The notes under the pieces: model-generated
Told to the model about the DNA's origin: nothing
Database searches by the model: none
Seen by the model: the letters and a program-made list of their open reading frames with translations, nothing else
In this document: positions 45,769 through 58,608 of the stretch, piece by piece
Layout of the letters: each line of letters begins with the position of its first letter
How positions within the stretch are numbered: the stretch's first letter is position 1
Assembly: GCF_009914755.1 (NCBI RefSeq)
Contig: NC_060935.1
Origin: the human T2T-CHM13v2.0 reference genome, Homo sapiens
Length of the DNA stretch: 64,000 bases
Reading direction: 5' to 3' (one strand)
Made by a program: the position numbers and the translations under genes

Positions 45769-46786
45769 GTTCTTTTGTTCATTTGTTAGAGTTGAATGAA
45801 CTATAATAACTTGTCTGACATAATAAGAATGCCACAGGTATAACAGATAAACCTGGCAGGTGGTCCAGGAATGAGAGTGTCACAAAATAATCACTCAACA
45901 CAAGGGCCACAGACCTGGAGATTCTTCCCAGCCATCCCTCACTCCTGCCCCAGGACACAACCCATGCAGGCCCCCATTCCATAGGAAGAGGCAGGTCCCA
46001 CAGTGTCTGTGGCTAGACCTTAACACTGAGCAGAGATGCCCGGGAAGATGGCACTTCCTATGCTCGTTCCCAAGTGCTCTGCTCATCTGCCATGCAGGTC
46101 AGGACCATACCCCGAGTTTGTGAGGCACCCACCTCTCATACTCACCACCTCATATGACCACCTATCATACCCACCTCTCCTATGACCCTTGCAATTGTCC
46201 CAGTGAGGTGGGAAGAGCCTGGACTAGCCCCATTTTGCACACAGGGAAACTAAGGACACACTCGGACCGAATGTAATACACCCGTGTCATGCGCTTGCTG
46301 TGCCCTGAGCTTCACATTTTCACCTAGAATTCCCTGGGGGGTGGGAGTGGGGGACAGGGCAGGCAGGGTTTTGTGCCAAGGGCTGGTCCAGTTCTCACTA
46401 AAGTGTCCAGGATTCCTGGGGGAATCCTGCCCTCAAAGGAGGGACTTTTGTCATAAAATCCTCCCTGAGTCTGTCTTTTATGTGAGCCAAGATTTCCATC
46501 CATCCGGCGCTGTGTAAAGATGAATTTAACCCTAGCCTCTCTCCTATCACACTGCTTCTCCTGCTGTGTCCCTTGGGCCTAGGCCAGGAAAGTGGGGTGC
46601 CAGATAGGGGTGCAGACACAAGTCCTCAGTGGGGGATTGAGCCTGTTTCCTTGCTCCAGAGCTCCCCATGCTTCATGGGCCAATATCAGGGTCACGACCC
46701 ATCCCCACTGAGCACCAGGTCCCTGTCCAAATCAAACCTTGGCCAGAGCTTCAGGGTGGGTTGGCTAGAAAAACCATCAACTATGT

Positions 46787-46788
<2 letters not shown>

Positions 46789-46826
<38 letters not shown>
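46789..46826. repeat. (GT)19 microsatellite, (AC)19 in ARRB1 3' UTR
   Basis: Perfect dinucleotide run. Confidence 0.95.
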
Positions 46827-46829
<3 letters not shown>

Positions 46830-49800
46830 AATGCTTGTGCCTGGGTCTGTGACCCAAGTTCCAACACAAAGACACTTTGTACTGGAACGCTGGAGCCATT
46901 CCAACATGAACAGCAAGAATAGAACCTGTGCTGGCTGGTCTAAGATCAAACCTCGAGATGGTGGTTTGAAGTTCTTCTTCAAAGAAAGCTTGAAAATGAA
47001 ATCTCAGTAGGCAAGACAGATAAAAGCAGAGTTATTCTGGTGGCGGCGGAAATGGGAGGAGGGCTGGAAACCTATCCTTTGCCTCCACTCCCATCTTCCC
47101 ACTTTAGCATCCCCTGACAAAGCTCTGTGGAATATCAGGGGTTCCGCAGCACCTGGTTTGAAAACCACTGTGTCAGTGTCTACAAACCATAGGCCCCACG
47201 GACCTGTGCTTTGACTTCCCTTTTGGGGTGACGAGTTGGAGTGTGATGGGGGGAGGATGTTTCCCCTTCAACAGGGCGTGTCTTTGAAGCCGCTGTGCAG
47301 TGACCCTGTGGGGAAGTGGTAGAGGTGGGGTCCTGCCACTTTCGTCCAGGAGGAATGGCAGAAGAGATGGAGCTGCCTGGGCCAGGAGGAAACACCAAGC
47401 CCAGTGCAGGCCGTATAGATGAGGGTTCAGGAGTGTTTTGGTCCTTTTGAGTTTAAAAAATTATAGATATCAGAACAGGCATAGGCCTATGTCCATGAGA
47501 CCCTATAAGAGTGTAAGACTGGGACCTAACCCCTTCCTCCTGGATGGGTGGAGAGCAACCAGTCCCCAGTGACAGGCAGGAGAGAAGCTGCCGCTCTGGG
47601 ATGCTGACGCCACTGCATCCGCTGTGGCTCGGCTCTCAGGACAAAAGGCTTGGGTTTTTCCTGGGCCCGAAGCCCTCCCAATGTCACTGAGAAGCTGTGG
47701 TGGCTCCAGTTGCTCCTGGAAGAGGCCTTACACTTTGAAGGGAAGGAACAGACAATTTCTATTTCTCCTTGCCCTTAGATTTCTGCGGATGGGTGGTTTC
47801 AGCTCCCTGAGCCTGGGGGCTGGTGGCTCTCTTTAACCTGGGTCAGAGCCAAGGCCCCTTGGCCTCTGTGGGGTCTGAGAGATGGGAGATGTGACACCAG
47901 GCCTAGGAGGGTCCAAGATGTCCCCCTCCACCAATCACTGACAATATCCAGGTCTTCCCTCTGTGTCCTGGTTGCTGGGACCACTATTTTTGGGCATGAT
48001 ATTCCTGAATTGTATCTAAATTTCCCTCTCAGCTGGGTCATCAAAGCCAAATTGGCTGTATCTCATTCTGGTTGACATCTGCCTAAGTGAGAAGCAGGGC
48101 AAGCGATGAAGACTGGTGGGGAGGGCTCCTCCTGCAGCAAACTTTCTGTGTGACCTTGGGCCATCCCTGCAGTGGCAGGGCCACACACATCCAGCCATTT
48201 TCAACTTACAGAGCCCTGACCGCTGACTTTCATCTCATCTGGGCCTCATAACAATTCCTGCGTCAGGCAGGGAAGGGATTACAATCCCATTTTACAGTTA
48301 GGGAAATTGAGCCCCAGAGGTTGAGTAGCTTGCCCAAGCCCCCCAGGTGGTTGGTGACAGGCAGGACTGAGAGGCGGCATTGGGGACTTCCAGGACAGAG
48401 TTCCTTTCACTGCACCATGTAGGAACCAGCTTGTCAGGAACTCTCCCACAGAACCAACAGCCAGGTGAACCCACTCTAGCAGGTCTGAGCTTTGAGGCTG
48501 AGGAGAGGTGCAGCCAAATAACTCAGTCCTTATCTTCATGGGGACTGAACTCTTCCCCTGGGTGGAATGCTGAGGAGGTCCCGCTGGCTCTCTGCTCGGT
48601 GGGTTTTCACCGGGGCATGCTTTTCCTTCCTGCCCGGACCGGTGTCCACACGCCACCCACAGGGCACACTGCAAAGTCCCAGTGACGGATGGCTTGGCCA
48701 GTGCAGGCCCCAAACACTTGGCAGAGAAACCGCCAGTACTGTGGGATGGTGCCTGGGGCCTAGTGAGGCTCCCCCACCCCTAGTTTCACTTCAAGGTATC
48801 ACCTGGGCAGGCTGACTCCAGAAAGGAAAGGGGCCCTGCAGAGAAGCACTGGCTCGGCCATGTTTGGGGGCTGGGAGGTGGTGCCTGGAGTTGACCAGAA
48901 GCTTGGAAACATGACCTGCGGCTTCCTCTCCAGGAAGAGGCTGAAGGAAACACTTTGGCCTGTGTGTCCCTCGAGGCTGCAGCGTATGGCCGTGCAGCAG
49001 GGCACCTCTGGCCAAGGGGCAAGGGGTGCTAAAATCCAACCTGTGTGTCACTCCCAAAGCTGTGCGTTCTAGTGTAGGTCTGAATCCACCTGGAAAGGGC
49101 ACCGTCTTCTAATTCACATCAAGGCACCATAGGGACCAGCAGCCACCAGGAGCCCTGAAGGCAACTGCCCTCTATTACTTATCCCTACAACGTTTCCCTG
49201 ACCATGGGCTTCCTGAGGACAGGGGCTGGGACTGACCCATCTCTGTGGCTCCAGTACTTGGCATAGAGCTGAGTCATCAGCAAAGGATGGTAGGCTGAAT
49301 TCAACTAAATTTGGCCATTGCCTTGTGCAGTCCTGGCTCCAGGAGAAAAAAAAAAAAAAAAGATAGTGCTCTGATCCTTCCCTGCAGCTGGAGAAATTTG
49401 CTAAATAACACTGGGCTAAACCCAAAAGGGTGAGCGTGATGTTGAGGTGCAGGAGGCTCGGGAAACCAGCCTGACAAACGTTTTCCATGCATGAGTTAGG
49501 GATAGGGGAAGAAGTCTGCAGGAAAGAGGTCATCCCAAACACTAAAGGATCTTGTGTCAGCCCCAAAGGTTTCAGAAGACACTGGAGGGCATATGTTTGC
49601 CATGCATTGCTCCAGCATTTCATCAGCTCTGCGCCTGCCCAGATGAGGTGCAGCCTGCCCAGCAAGCTCTAGGAGGGGCTGGATGCCTGGGGGACCTGCA
49701 ACTAGGCCCTCAAGACTGGACAGGGTAGTACGACAGCCCCCAGCTGACTTGGTTCTGGTCTGGGGAGGGGTCCCTTGGGTTGAGTGGTCATGAGACTCAG

Positions 49801-51766
49801 AAGTCGCGCTGCCAGGCTTGTGAAACAGGTGATTTCACCACAGGAAATAAGTCACACTGCCTGCCCCAGGAGGTGCTGGACTGGAAAGGATTGAGATGCC
49901 ACTTGTATAAGATTTTTTGTCTCCCTTTTCAGACAAGTATGGGAGAGAGATGGAAGGGAGCAGAAACTGAGGAGAGAGCCCTTGTCCTGCTAATCAATAT
50001 ATTTGCCTGGGTAAACCTCAGGGTGTCTGTGCCCACAGGGGGCTGTGAGGTACTGCAAGCCCTATCATAAGCCCCTCAGCCAAGCCTCAGCAAAGATATG
50101 CTCTGTCCCTCCTTGGGCAACTCATGCTACCTATGGCCACAGCCTGACATCAATCCCTTCCCAGTCTTGGGCACAGGGTGGGGTTGAGGGCAGTTGGTGC
50201 TCCATAGGGCCCTGCCACCTCTGAGGTCCAATAAATCCCCTCTGGAGGCAGAGAGACCAGTCAGCAGCTCTGGCTCTACCCACCAGACCAGGAGCTCTAA
50301 TGTTCACAAATTCTTGGTGGCCAGAGCTAGGAAGGCCCATTGTGATCATCTGGTCAAACTCCTTGCTTTCCCAAGTGAGAAACTGAGGCCCAGAGTGGGG
50401 AAGGAACTTGCCCAAAGTCACACAGTAAGTTATTCTCAAAGGCCAGGCAAAGAGGATAACTCCTAACACTTTCTATCTCATCTCCCATCTGGCTTCTTGC
50501 CCCAGGAACTGCCCCAGGTCTCAATCAACCCAACACCAGCTAATGCGTACTGGGTACCCATGACACTGGGAGCTATTGGAGGTCATCAACTCACCAAGAA
50601 AAGAGGGGCTTATTTGCTACCCAGCAGCCTCCTTCCCTTCGGGTGAGGATATCTCAGTGGATGCTGCCACCTTCTGAGATAGGACCCCCTTTGACTGTGG
50701 CATGGTGGCCTCAGGCACTCTCTCCCAGTCCATAGGGTCAGTCCAGCCCTGGAGAATGGCAGGGGGAAGCAGGAGGATACTAGTGGCCTCGGCCCCCGCT
50801 GGACACCCATCCTCACTTCCTGCATGACCATGTGAAGTCCACAAGGAAGGGACATAAGGCAGACTCTCCTCTCCCCGCCCCCTGCCCCCATCTCTGAGCG
50901 CCCCCCTTCGGGAACCCTCCTCAGGAGCTTCAGCTCACTCTGCTGGGGGCTGGTGCTTGCTGAAGACCCCCTCCCTCCCTCCCTCTGCTTTTCTCTCTGT
51001 GCATATCTCTAGACAGGGCCATGCACTTGAAATACAAGGTAGCTAAGATGTCACAGCCTGACAGTACTGAAATATACTTGGGTGAGTCCACACAGCTTGC
51101 CTCAGTCTAGGTAACTGCTGGTAAGAAAGTCAGTCCAGTTGCTTTTCTCTACTCCTGGGGTCTACGAACTTTCACCAACATCACTATCAGACACAGAGGG
51201 ACATCAGGTGGGGAGGAGGGTGAAGGCAGAAGGTCTTTGGTGGGTCAGAACTTCAAAAAGGCATTGAGAATCTGTCCACAGTTCTGCCCCTCCCAGCCAG
51301 AAGGAGGTGGCCTTCAACGCGGTCATCTTTTAGCTGCCAGAACTTTGTTAACCACCTGGGACCGTGGACATCTTCTCTCGTGTCTTGAGCCCTCATCCCC
51401 ACCCCTCCAAGCCCTCATGCCCACCACACCGTGTCCCACATTCCCCATCCTCCCCTGTCTGCTCCCCATCTCAAGTCCAATTCCAAGGCCAGAGCCCTGG
51501 CAGCTTTTCTGGGAGACAGCATGAAAAGGAGGGGAGTGGAGATGGCAGAGATGGGGTGGAGCCAGTGCGCTGTGGTCCTGTTGGCGTGGTGATGTGGGGC
51601 CAATCCTGAGGCCAGAGGTTCATCACCGTGATCTGGAAGCCCACGGGGCCCCCTGGTAGAAACTGGAAGAACAAAGGGGAAAAGAAACCAGAACAGGAAG
51701 AAGACGAGTAAGCATCCGAGTGCACGAGAGTGGAGCCGGAGCCACGTGGAGGCAGGGCCGGCCCGT

Positions 51767-51878
51767 CTATCTGTTGTTGAGCTGTGGAGAGCCGGTACCA
51801 TCCTCCTCTTCCTCCTTGTCATCCTTCATGCCTTTCAGTCTCTGGCGAGCAAAGTCCTCAAATACAATGTCGTCATCA
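51767..51878 (-). CDS. ARRB1: ARRB1 exon 16 coding part ([36 protein letters not shown])
   Basis: Protein match including the AP2-binding motif; accag| acceptor; TAG at 51767-51769. Confidence 0.97.
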
Positions 51879-53255
51879 CTGGTGGGAGAGACAAGGAAAA
51901 TGTGGTGTGTTTGCAGGGGCAGGGAGAGTAGGCTTATCCAGAGGCCCGGCCAGATGTGACTCAGAGTATGGCTCTGGGGCCGGGGAGAACCACCCTCTCT
52001 GAGGTCTCTGGCCTCTGGGGCTGACCATGAGCAGAAAGGCCTGTCTGGCTGGCACATGTGGATGCCACCTGTGGCAGTGGGGACAGTCACATCAGGACTC
52101 GGGCCAGTCATGAAAGGGGCAGAGAGGGGCATGAATTTGACTCTTGTGCCTGAGGGCTAGAAAAGTAACCTGGTTCTTTAGGAGGTGGGGGGAGCAGTGT
52201 GGCTCTGTAGCCAGAGGAAGGACTTATTCCCACTGTGAGAGGCCAGGCCACCAGTAGTTTCACAGCATGTTCTGAATCCCCCAAGAATAGGCCCGGCAAA
52301 CCCCACCCCACCACCCAGAAAACTACCCTTAGGAAGCATTCCCGTTTCTGGACAGCAAGGAGTAGTTTGGCTTAATGAAAGAGAAGACCATGAAGAACCT
52401 TTCTCCCAGAAGTGTCAGCTCAGATTCTACCTTGGGGGATCCCAGACAGAAGAAGGCTGGGGTAGGAGGATGTGAATCTAAATAGGGGGGCAGAGGACCT
52501 GTTCGTGAGGAAAGGGGAGGCTTGAGTGGGGTTTCAGGACTAGACTGCCTTTAAGAACAGCGAGTTCCCTTCTACCATGAAACATGTCCATTTAGGACCA
52601 TGCAGGTGTCCACCTGGGTCCCCTGCCCAACAGGGTTCAGCCAGTGCATGGGGCATCCTCATGGGGTGACCTGAGACCCCCACACCCCAGATTTCTCCTG
52701 GGGGACAAGGGAAGATTGGCTTTGGAGCTGGAGCAAGAAAGCCACTTGGACCTGGAGGCGGTCCGCGCAGTCGGCCCAGGTCCTCCCCCTCTGGCCACTG
52801 TCCGGTGACTCGATGGCCTTTGACTGCAGGGAAATCCACATCGGTTGGTCCTCAGGAGTCAGAAGCAACAAGATCCCCAGTCCCCTGCCCACCCCACAGC
52901 CTGATTCCACTGGTTGGCGTGGGCAGGACAGGAGAGCCGAGCCCAGGGCCATGGACCAGCCCTGTGTGAGCCGAGCAGGCGCTGTGGATGGACGAACGGA
53001 CTGACGGACGGACGTGCAAGGACGAGGGAGGAAGACAGACCCCACCAAGGCAGGAGGAAGAGGAACAGGCACGGAGGGTCCTTCAAGTCACATGCAGGCA
53101 AGCGGGTTGCTGAAGAGGCGAGCAGAGGTGGCTCTCAGCAGACGGGGTTAGACCAGCGGCTCCTCAGGAGTTAATAAGCATATATGCAAATGACCCCCTC
53201 CACCCCGCCCACCCGCGGCCCACCCCCGGATGTCTGCAGGCAGGGTTCAGCTTAC

Positions 53256-53307
53256 TTTGTGTCAAGTTCTATGAGATTGGTATCTACTGGCGTCTCGTTC
53301 TCTGGAA
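53256..53307 (-). CDS. ARRB1: ARRB1 exon 15 (VPENETPVDTNLIELDT, clathrin box LIELD), 52 nt
   Basis: Protein match; tttag| ... |gtaagc. Confidence 0.97.
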
Positions 53308-53810
53308 CTAAACACAGGGTGGGTGGGCAGGGTGTCCAGGGATTAGTGAGTGGATGAGCACGGGGCGAGTAAGCACAGGCCCCCACCCTGGGACAACCAG
53401 ACTAACATGAGAAGGGCAAAGGATAAAGGGGAATGGAGATGGGGGAGGACTCATTCCTGGTACTGAAACACCCCAAATCATCTGAAAGGCAGGGAGGATG
53501 GCACCAGGAGGGCCCCGGATCCCCACTGCAGCCCCAGAAGAACAGAAAATCCTCTAAACTTCTGTTTCTTTTGACAGGTCTCCAACATGAATTACATTAA
53601 TTCCTTGCATGCATGCCATTCACCAATTCTAAGACAATCTTTTTTATATTTTCCTTCACATTTTAACATCTCCAAATTTGGAGTGTGTCTTACCGTCGAT
53701 GGCACTGCACAGTTTAACCATGGAAGTTTTTTCCTAATTGTACCTACTATTATGTTGTCTCTCTCCACTGAAAGTCTCAGATTCAATGAAATATGACCAA
53801 TCTGCTATCA

Positions 53811-54248
<438 letters not shown>

Positions 54249-54492
54249 TCAAAGCATGGCCAATGAGTTCCCTTCTCCACTCCTGGCCTCCCTCTCCCAT
54301 GGGGAACAGGAGCCACGCCTCACTGTCTCCTGGTGGGGTCAGAAGCAAATCGAGTTCTGGACCCCACAAAAGATCTGGGGACCCGAGAAAAGGGTGACTG
54401 GGCTGAGGGCGAACCCGGGGCGGGGTGGGTTACAGGGTCACGTGGCAGCTGCTAGAGAACCCCTACCCCAGAGACCTACAGATTCTGCTCAC

Positions 54493-54563
54493 CTTCCCGA
54501 TGCGGGGGTTCCTCTTTGGGCTTGGGGTGCATTAGGGTGAAGGGCAGTTCCACGGCCACGTCG
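54493..54563 (-). CDS. ARRB1: ARRB1 exon 14 ([23 protein letters not shown]), 71 nt
   Basis: Protein match; ttcag| ... |gtgagc. Confidence 0.97.
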
Positions 54564-55802
54564 CTGAAACAGAGACCCAGACCCAGTGAGCCTTGAGCGG
54601 ACTCACAGGCTGTGAGACTTGATGTCGATGCCCTGTCAGTCCGAGGACTGCAGAGGGTTTTGCCGTCAGAGGAGGTAGATCCAAAAGATGCCCTCCAGCC
54701 CCAGTTCTGCCACTCGGAGCCTCGGTCTGCCTGGGAGCTGGACGAGGAGACTTCCTCTGGTCCCAAAAAGAAATGGAAGCCTCCTCTTTCCTGAGAAGGC
54801 TCTCTGGGTTCCCACGGGCTGGGAAGAGGCCCAGGGGTGGGAAAGGATTGCCCGGGGCAGCATGCACCGTGGTCACTGCGGGGCTCCAGAGGTGCCCTGG
54901 GACCCCCCCCCACCTCAAATCGCCACAGCCACCCTCGCCTCCCCTGACACTGCCCTTCCCAACTTCCAGGTCGGAGCTCCTCCCACCCTCACGCCATCCC
55001 ATCTCCCAACACCTCCAGGGTGCTCTTGTAAAAGTGCTCAGGTGACCCTAGCACCCCTGCAATCTGGATGAAGCACTGTTGAGGTCAGTTTAGTCAGGTT
55101 TAGGATGGCCCCAGGGCCCAAGGCTGATTACACTGTGGGGATGCAGGGGAAAGCGGCCGGGAAGACCCAGCCACCAGCCAGTGCTTCTGATGGGGCTTTC
55201 TCTGTACTTGGCCCTGATGGACAGAATAAGAGAAGGTATTCACATGGTACTGACCCTGTGCCAAGGATTACTGTAAGCCCCTTCCATAGAGTAACTCATT
55301 TAATCCTCGCAACAACCATATTATTATCCCCAATGTACAGACTGGGACATTGAGGCATGAGGAGATTAAAATATCTTGCCCAAGGCCACACAGCTATTAA
55401 TGGTTATTATTAGATTCTGGCTCCATAACCACACCCTTGATCACTGTGTGACAGTAGCAGAATTGAGACTAACAAAAGCAACCCTGAAGGCTCCTCTCGG
55501 CTTGGGGTGACATCACCCTAGGAGACCACCCAACTGCGAGTGCCTACAGGCACAAGCCACATCCCACTGATCTTGTTGTCCAGAGCCCAGTTGGGAAAGA
55601 GGAAGGGACAGGGAATGGAGTGGTCAGAGGCACAAGCCGTGCAATTAGAAAGGTCTGTTCCACCAGCCTCGCCACCCGCTGGTGCAGCACTTTCTAGCTT
55701 TGAGTCTCACTGAGCTCAACTTGGAACAAAGCCTGTCTTCTAGAACCACGGGAACTTCTGGGAGATGAGGCAGCTAAAGAGCTGAGTTAAACTGTGAAGC
55801 TT

Positions 55803-56422
55803 GACCAGGCGCAGTGGCTCACGCCTGTGATCCTAGCACTTTGGGAGGCCAAGGCGGGCAGATCCCTTGAGCTCAGGAGTTCGAGACCAGCCTGGGCAAC
55901 CTGGTGAGACACTGCCACCACCACCCATCTCTACTAAAAATACAAAAATTAGGCTGGGCGCGGTGGCTCACGCCTGTAATCCCAGCACTTTGGGAGGCCG
56001 AGGCGGGTGGATCATGAGGTCAGGAGTTTAAGACCAGCCTGGCCAAGATAGTGAAATCCTGCCTCTACTAAAAATACAAAAATTAGCCGGGTGTGGTGGC
56101 GGGTGCCTATAATCCCAGCTACTTGGGAGGCTGAGGCAGAGAACTGCTTGAACCTGGGAGGCAGAGGTTGCAGTGAGCCAAGATCGTGCCACTGCACTCC
56201 AGCCTACCCGACAGAGTGAGATTCTGTCTCAAAAAAAAAAAAAAAAATTAGCTGGGCATAGTAGAGCACACCTGTAGTCCCAGCTACTCAGGAGGCTGAG
56301 TTGGGAGGATGGCTTCCACCCAGGAGGCAGAGAAGGTTACAGTGAACCAAGTTTGTGCCACTGCACTCCAGTCTGGGCAATAGAATCAGACCTTGTCTCA
56401 GAATAAAAAATAAAAATAAAAA
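55803..56422 (+). mobile_element. Alu nested in the A-rich linker of another Alu, ARRB1 intron 13
   Basis: Inner TSD aaaaattag; outer TSD tgtgaagcttg. Confidence 0.9.
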
Positions 56423-56802
56423 TGTGAAGCTTGTGCCTGCCAGAATCGTTACTTAAGTCCCCTCATTGGGAACCTGGGGGTTTTATAAGGCTGTCAGAGC
56501 TATTTGGCCTTTTTTTCCTTCTCTTTTTTTTTTCCTTTTGCTTTGGGGATTGCTTCAGAATGGAGCTGGTGGAAGACTGGGTTTGCCAACATTTTAGTGG
56601 AAGAATCTGGATCTTAACCTTCTACCGGGCCAGGAACGATAAGGTCAGGGACCACATCTGATTCCTCTCTGGGACTCTGGCACTCAGCACCAGCCTGGAC
56701 GCAAGCCTGGGTTGAGGAAATCTTTGCTGAATGATATGGAACTGAATTGAATTGAATGAATTTCACCTGTCAAATTAGTTTAAGATTTCTTAGGATGAGC
56801 CA

Positions 56803-56820
56803 CACTGCCATCTTGTGACA
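56803..56820 (-). promoter_or_regulatory. CTCF-like motif in ARRB1 intron 13
   Basis: − strand TGTCACAAGATGGCAGTG. Confidence 0.45.
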
Positions 56821-57304
56821 GAAGGAGGCCAAACTGCTGTGTTTGGGGTACATGCATTTTTGGAATATAAGTGCATCCAGCTGGCTGCAAGGAGACCTTG
56901 TTTACAAAATAGGATCTCCTGAGGACCTCTCCTTAGCAACACTTGGCCAGCAGTTCCCTCCTCACTAGTGTAGAAGTTTGAAAGCCATGAAGTCTGCATT
57001 TCTCCAAAAGCTCCTATAATTCAGGTGATCAGTAATTCAGACAGCTCTCTTGGGGGCCACTCCCTGTATCAGTGTAATCAGGCTTTGCTCTCTGTAAAGA
57101 TCCCTGTCACTCAGGTGGGATGGAAGAGCAAGGTGAGGTTTGTTAAGGAGAAATTGTGTCTCCCAGCTCACACCTGAACCTGGCTATCTGAAATGACCAC
57201 TAAGATTCCTTCCAACCCAGTGCCCTGTGATTCTGGTCAGTCAAGCCAATGGGCTCCAGGCCCTCCAGGAAGGTGGGTGAACCAGGTGGAAGGGAGGAAT
57301 TTAC

Positions 57305-57328
57305 CTGGATGCAAGATCTCCCAACAGG
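57305..57328 (-). CDS. ARRB1: ARRB1 exon 13, 24-nt cassette micro-exon (LLGDLASS splice loop; long 418-aa vs short 410-aa isoform)
   Basis: cccag|C CTG TTG GGA GAT CTT GCA TCC AG|gtaa; frame-preserving, phase 2-2. Confidence 0.95.
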
Positions 57329-58497
57329 CTGGGTGGGTCAGAGGAGGCAGGAGAAGTGGTCAGGAGAGAGTTCAGAGAGGAAGAAAACAAAAAGCACATT
57401 CATTCACCACTTCTGCTGTCCCCCGGATAGAGAAGACCCACAGGACACACTCCCACCCACCCCCCTGCACAGCCCTGACTGCTCTTTCAGGGATACACCG
57501 AAATGGCATTAGCCCTGCCCCGAGGGACTGGGATCCAGACCCAGCTCAGCAAACCCCTGAGCCCCAGGATCCTCATCTGTCAAGGCAGTGTAAAAATTAA
57601 CCCCAGTGCTGCCTGTCCCAAGGGAGGCCGGACTATCTAAAGGCAGAGGGAAGGACTCCGGGGTTGCCAAGAATGTTTGAGGGACTGTGGGTCCTGAAAG
57701 GTCACCAGACACAGGATTTGGGATTTGTAATTTTGAGATGTCCTATTATATAAGGTCAGGATTACATACTGCCACCTGCCAAGAGGCATTCTTCTAATAA
57801 TCAAGGAGACCCAATGTCTAATGGGATTTAGCTTTTCAATCTTTTCATAGAAATTTATGAATTAAGTTACAAAAAAGAAACACAGTAGTTTGTTTGTTTG
57901 TTTTTCTCCCTGAGCTTCCACCAAACTATGCTCCAGGGCAGGGCAGTCTGGTCCACCACTATGACCTGAGTTAGGAGAGGAGATTTCAGGCAATGTTTGG
58001 GGCACTGTCTGGGCCTCTGTTTCACCATCTGTAAAATGGGAAAGCTGACTAGCAAATCCCCAATCCAGCTCTGGGTTCTGAGCCCTTTTAGCTGTTTCCT
58101 CAGAAAATCAGCTTGGGCATGCATGGGGGTGGGTGCTATGCCCAAAGTGTGATAAGGAGATGGCACCCCTGGGGACCCCACAGCAAAGACTCTGAGGACG
58201 CCGTCCCCTGGGCATGGCCAATCCTCAGTGCGAGCCCAGACCTAGGATAGAGGAGGAGGAGAGAGAGAAAGAGATGGGTGGGGGTAAGAGAGGGGCTGAG
58301 GGCCAAGGAAGGAAGAGAGGGAAAGCGGGCGGGGGAGAAAGAGGAACAGAAGGGAGGAAAAGAAGGGACAGGAGGTTCCTCCTCCAAGGTGGATGCAGCT
58401 AAAAGGGCTGCAAACAGGCAGAATGGGGCAGGGGCCTGTGGGCACCTGGGACGCTCCCCTCTGCACTCCGGGGTCTTGGGCTTGGCTGGAGCACTCA

Positions 58498-58608
<111 letters not shown>

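Larger units (their letters stand above)
45730..51766 (-). other. ARRB1: ARRB1 long 3' UTR (~6 kb)
   Basis: Alu-free stretch from the stop codon to tandem poly(A) signals; end position approximate. Confidence 0.75.

Noticed and set aside
49114-49665. 183-aa − strand ORF in the ARRB1 3' UTR
   Set aside because: TTG start, no recognisable domain, runs through a poly-T tract
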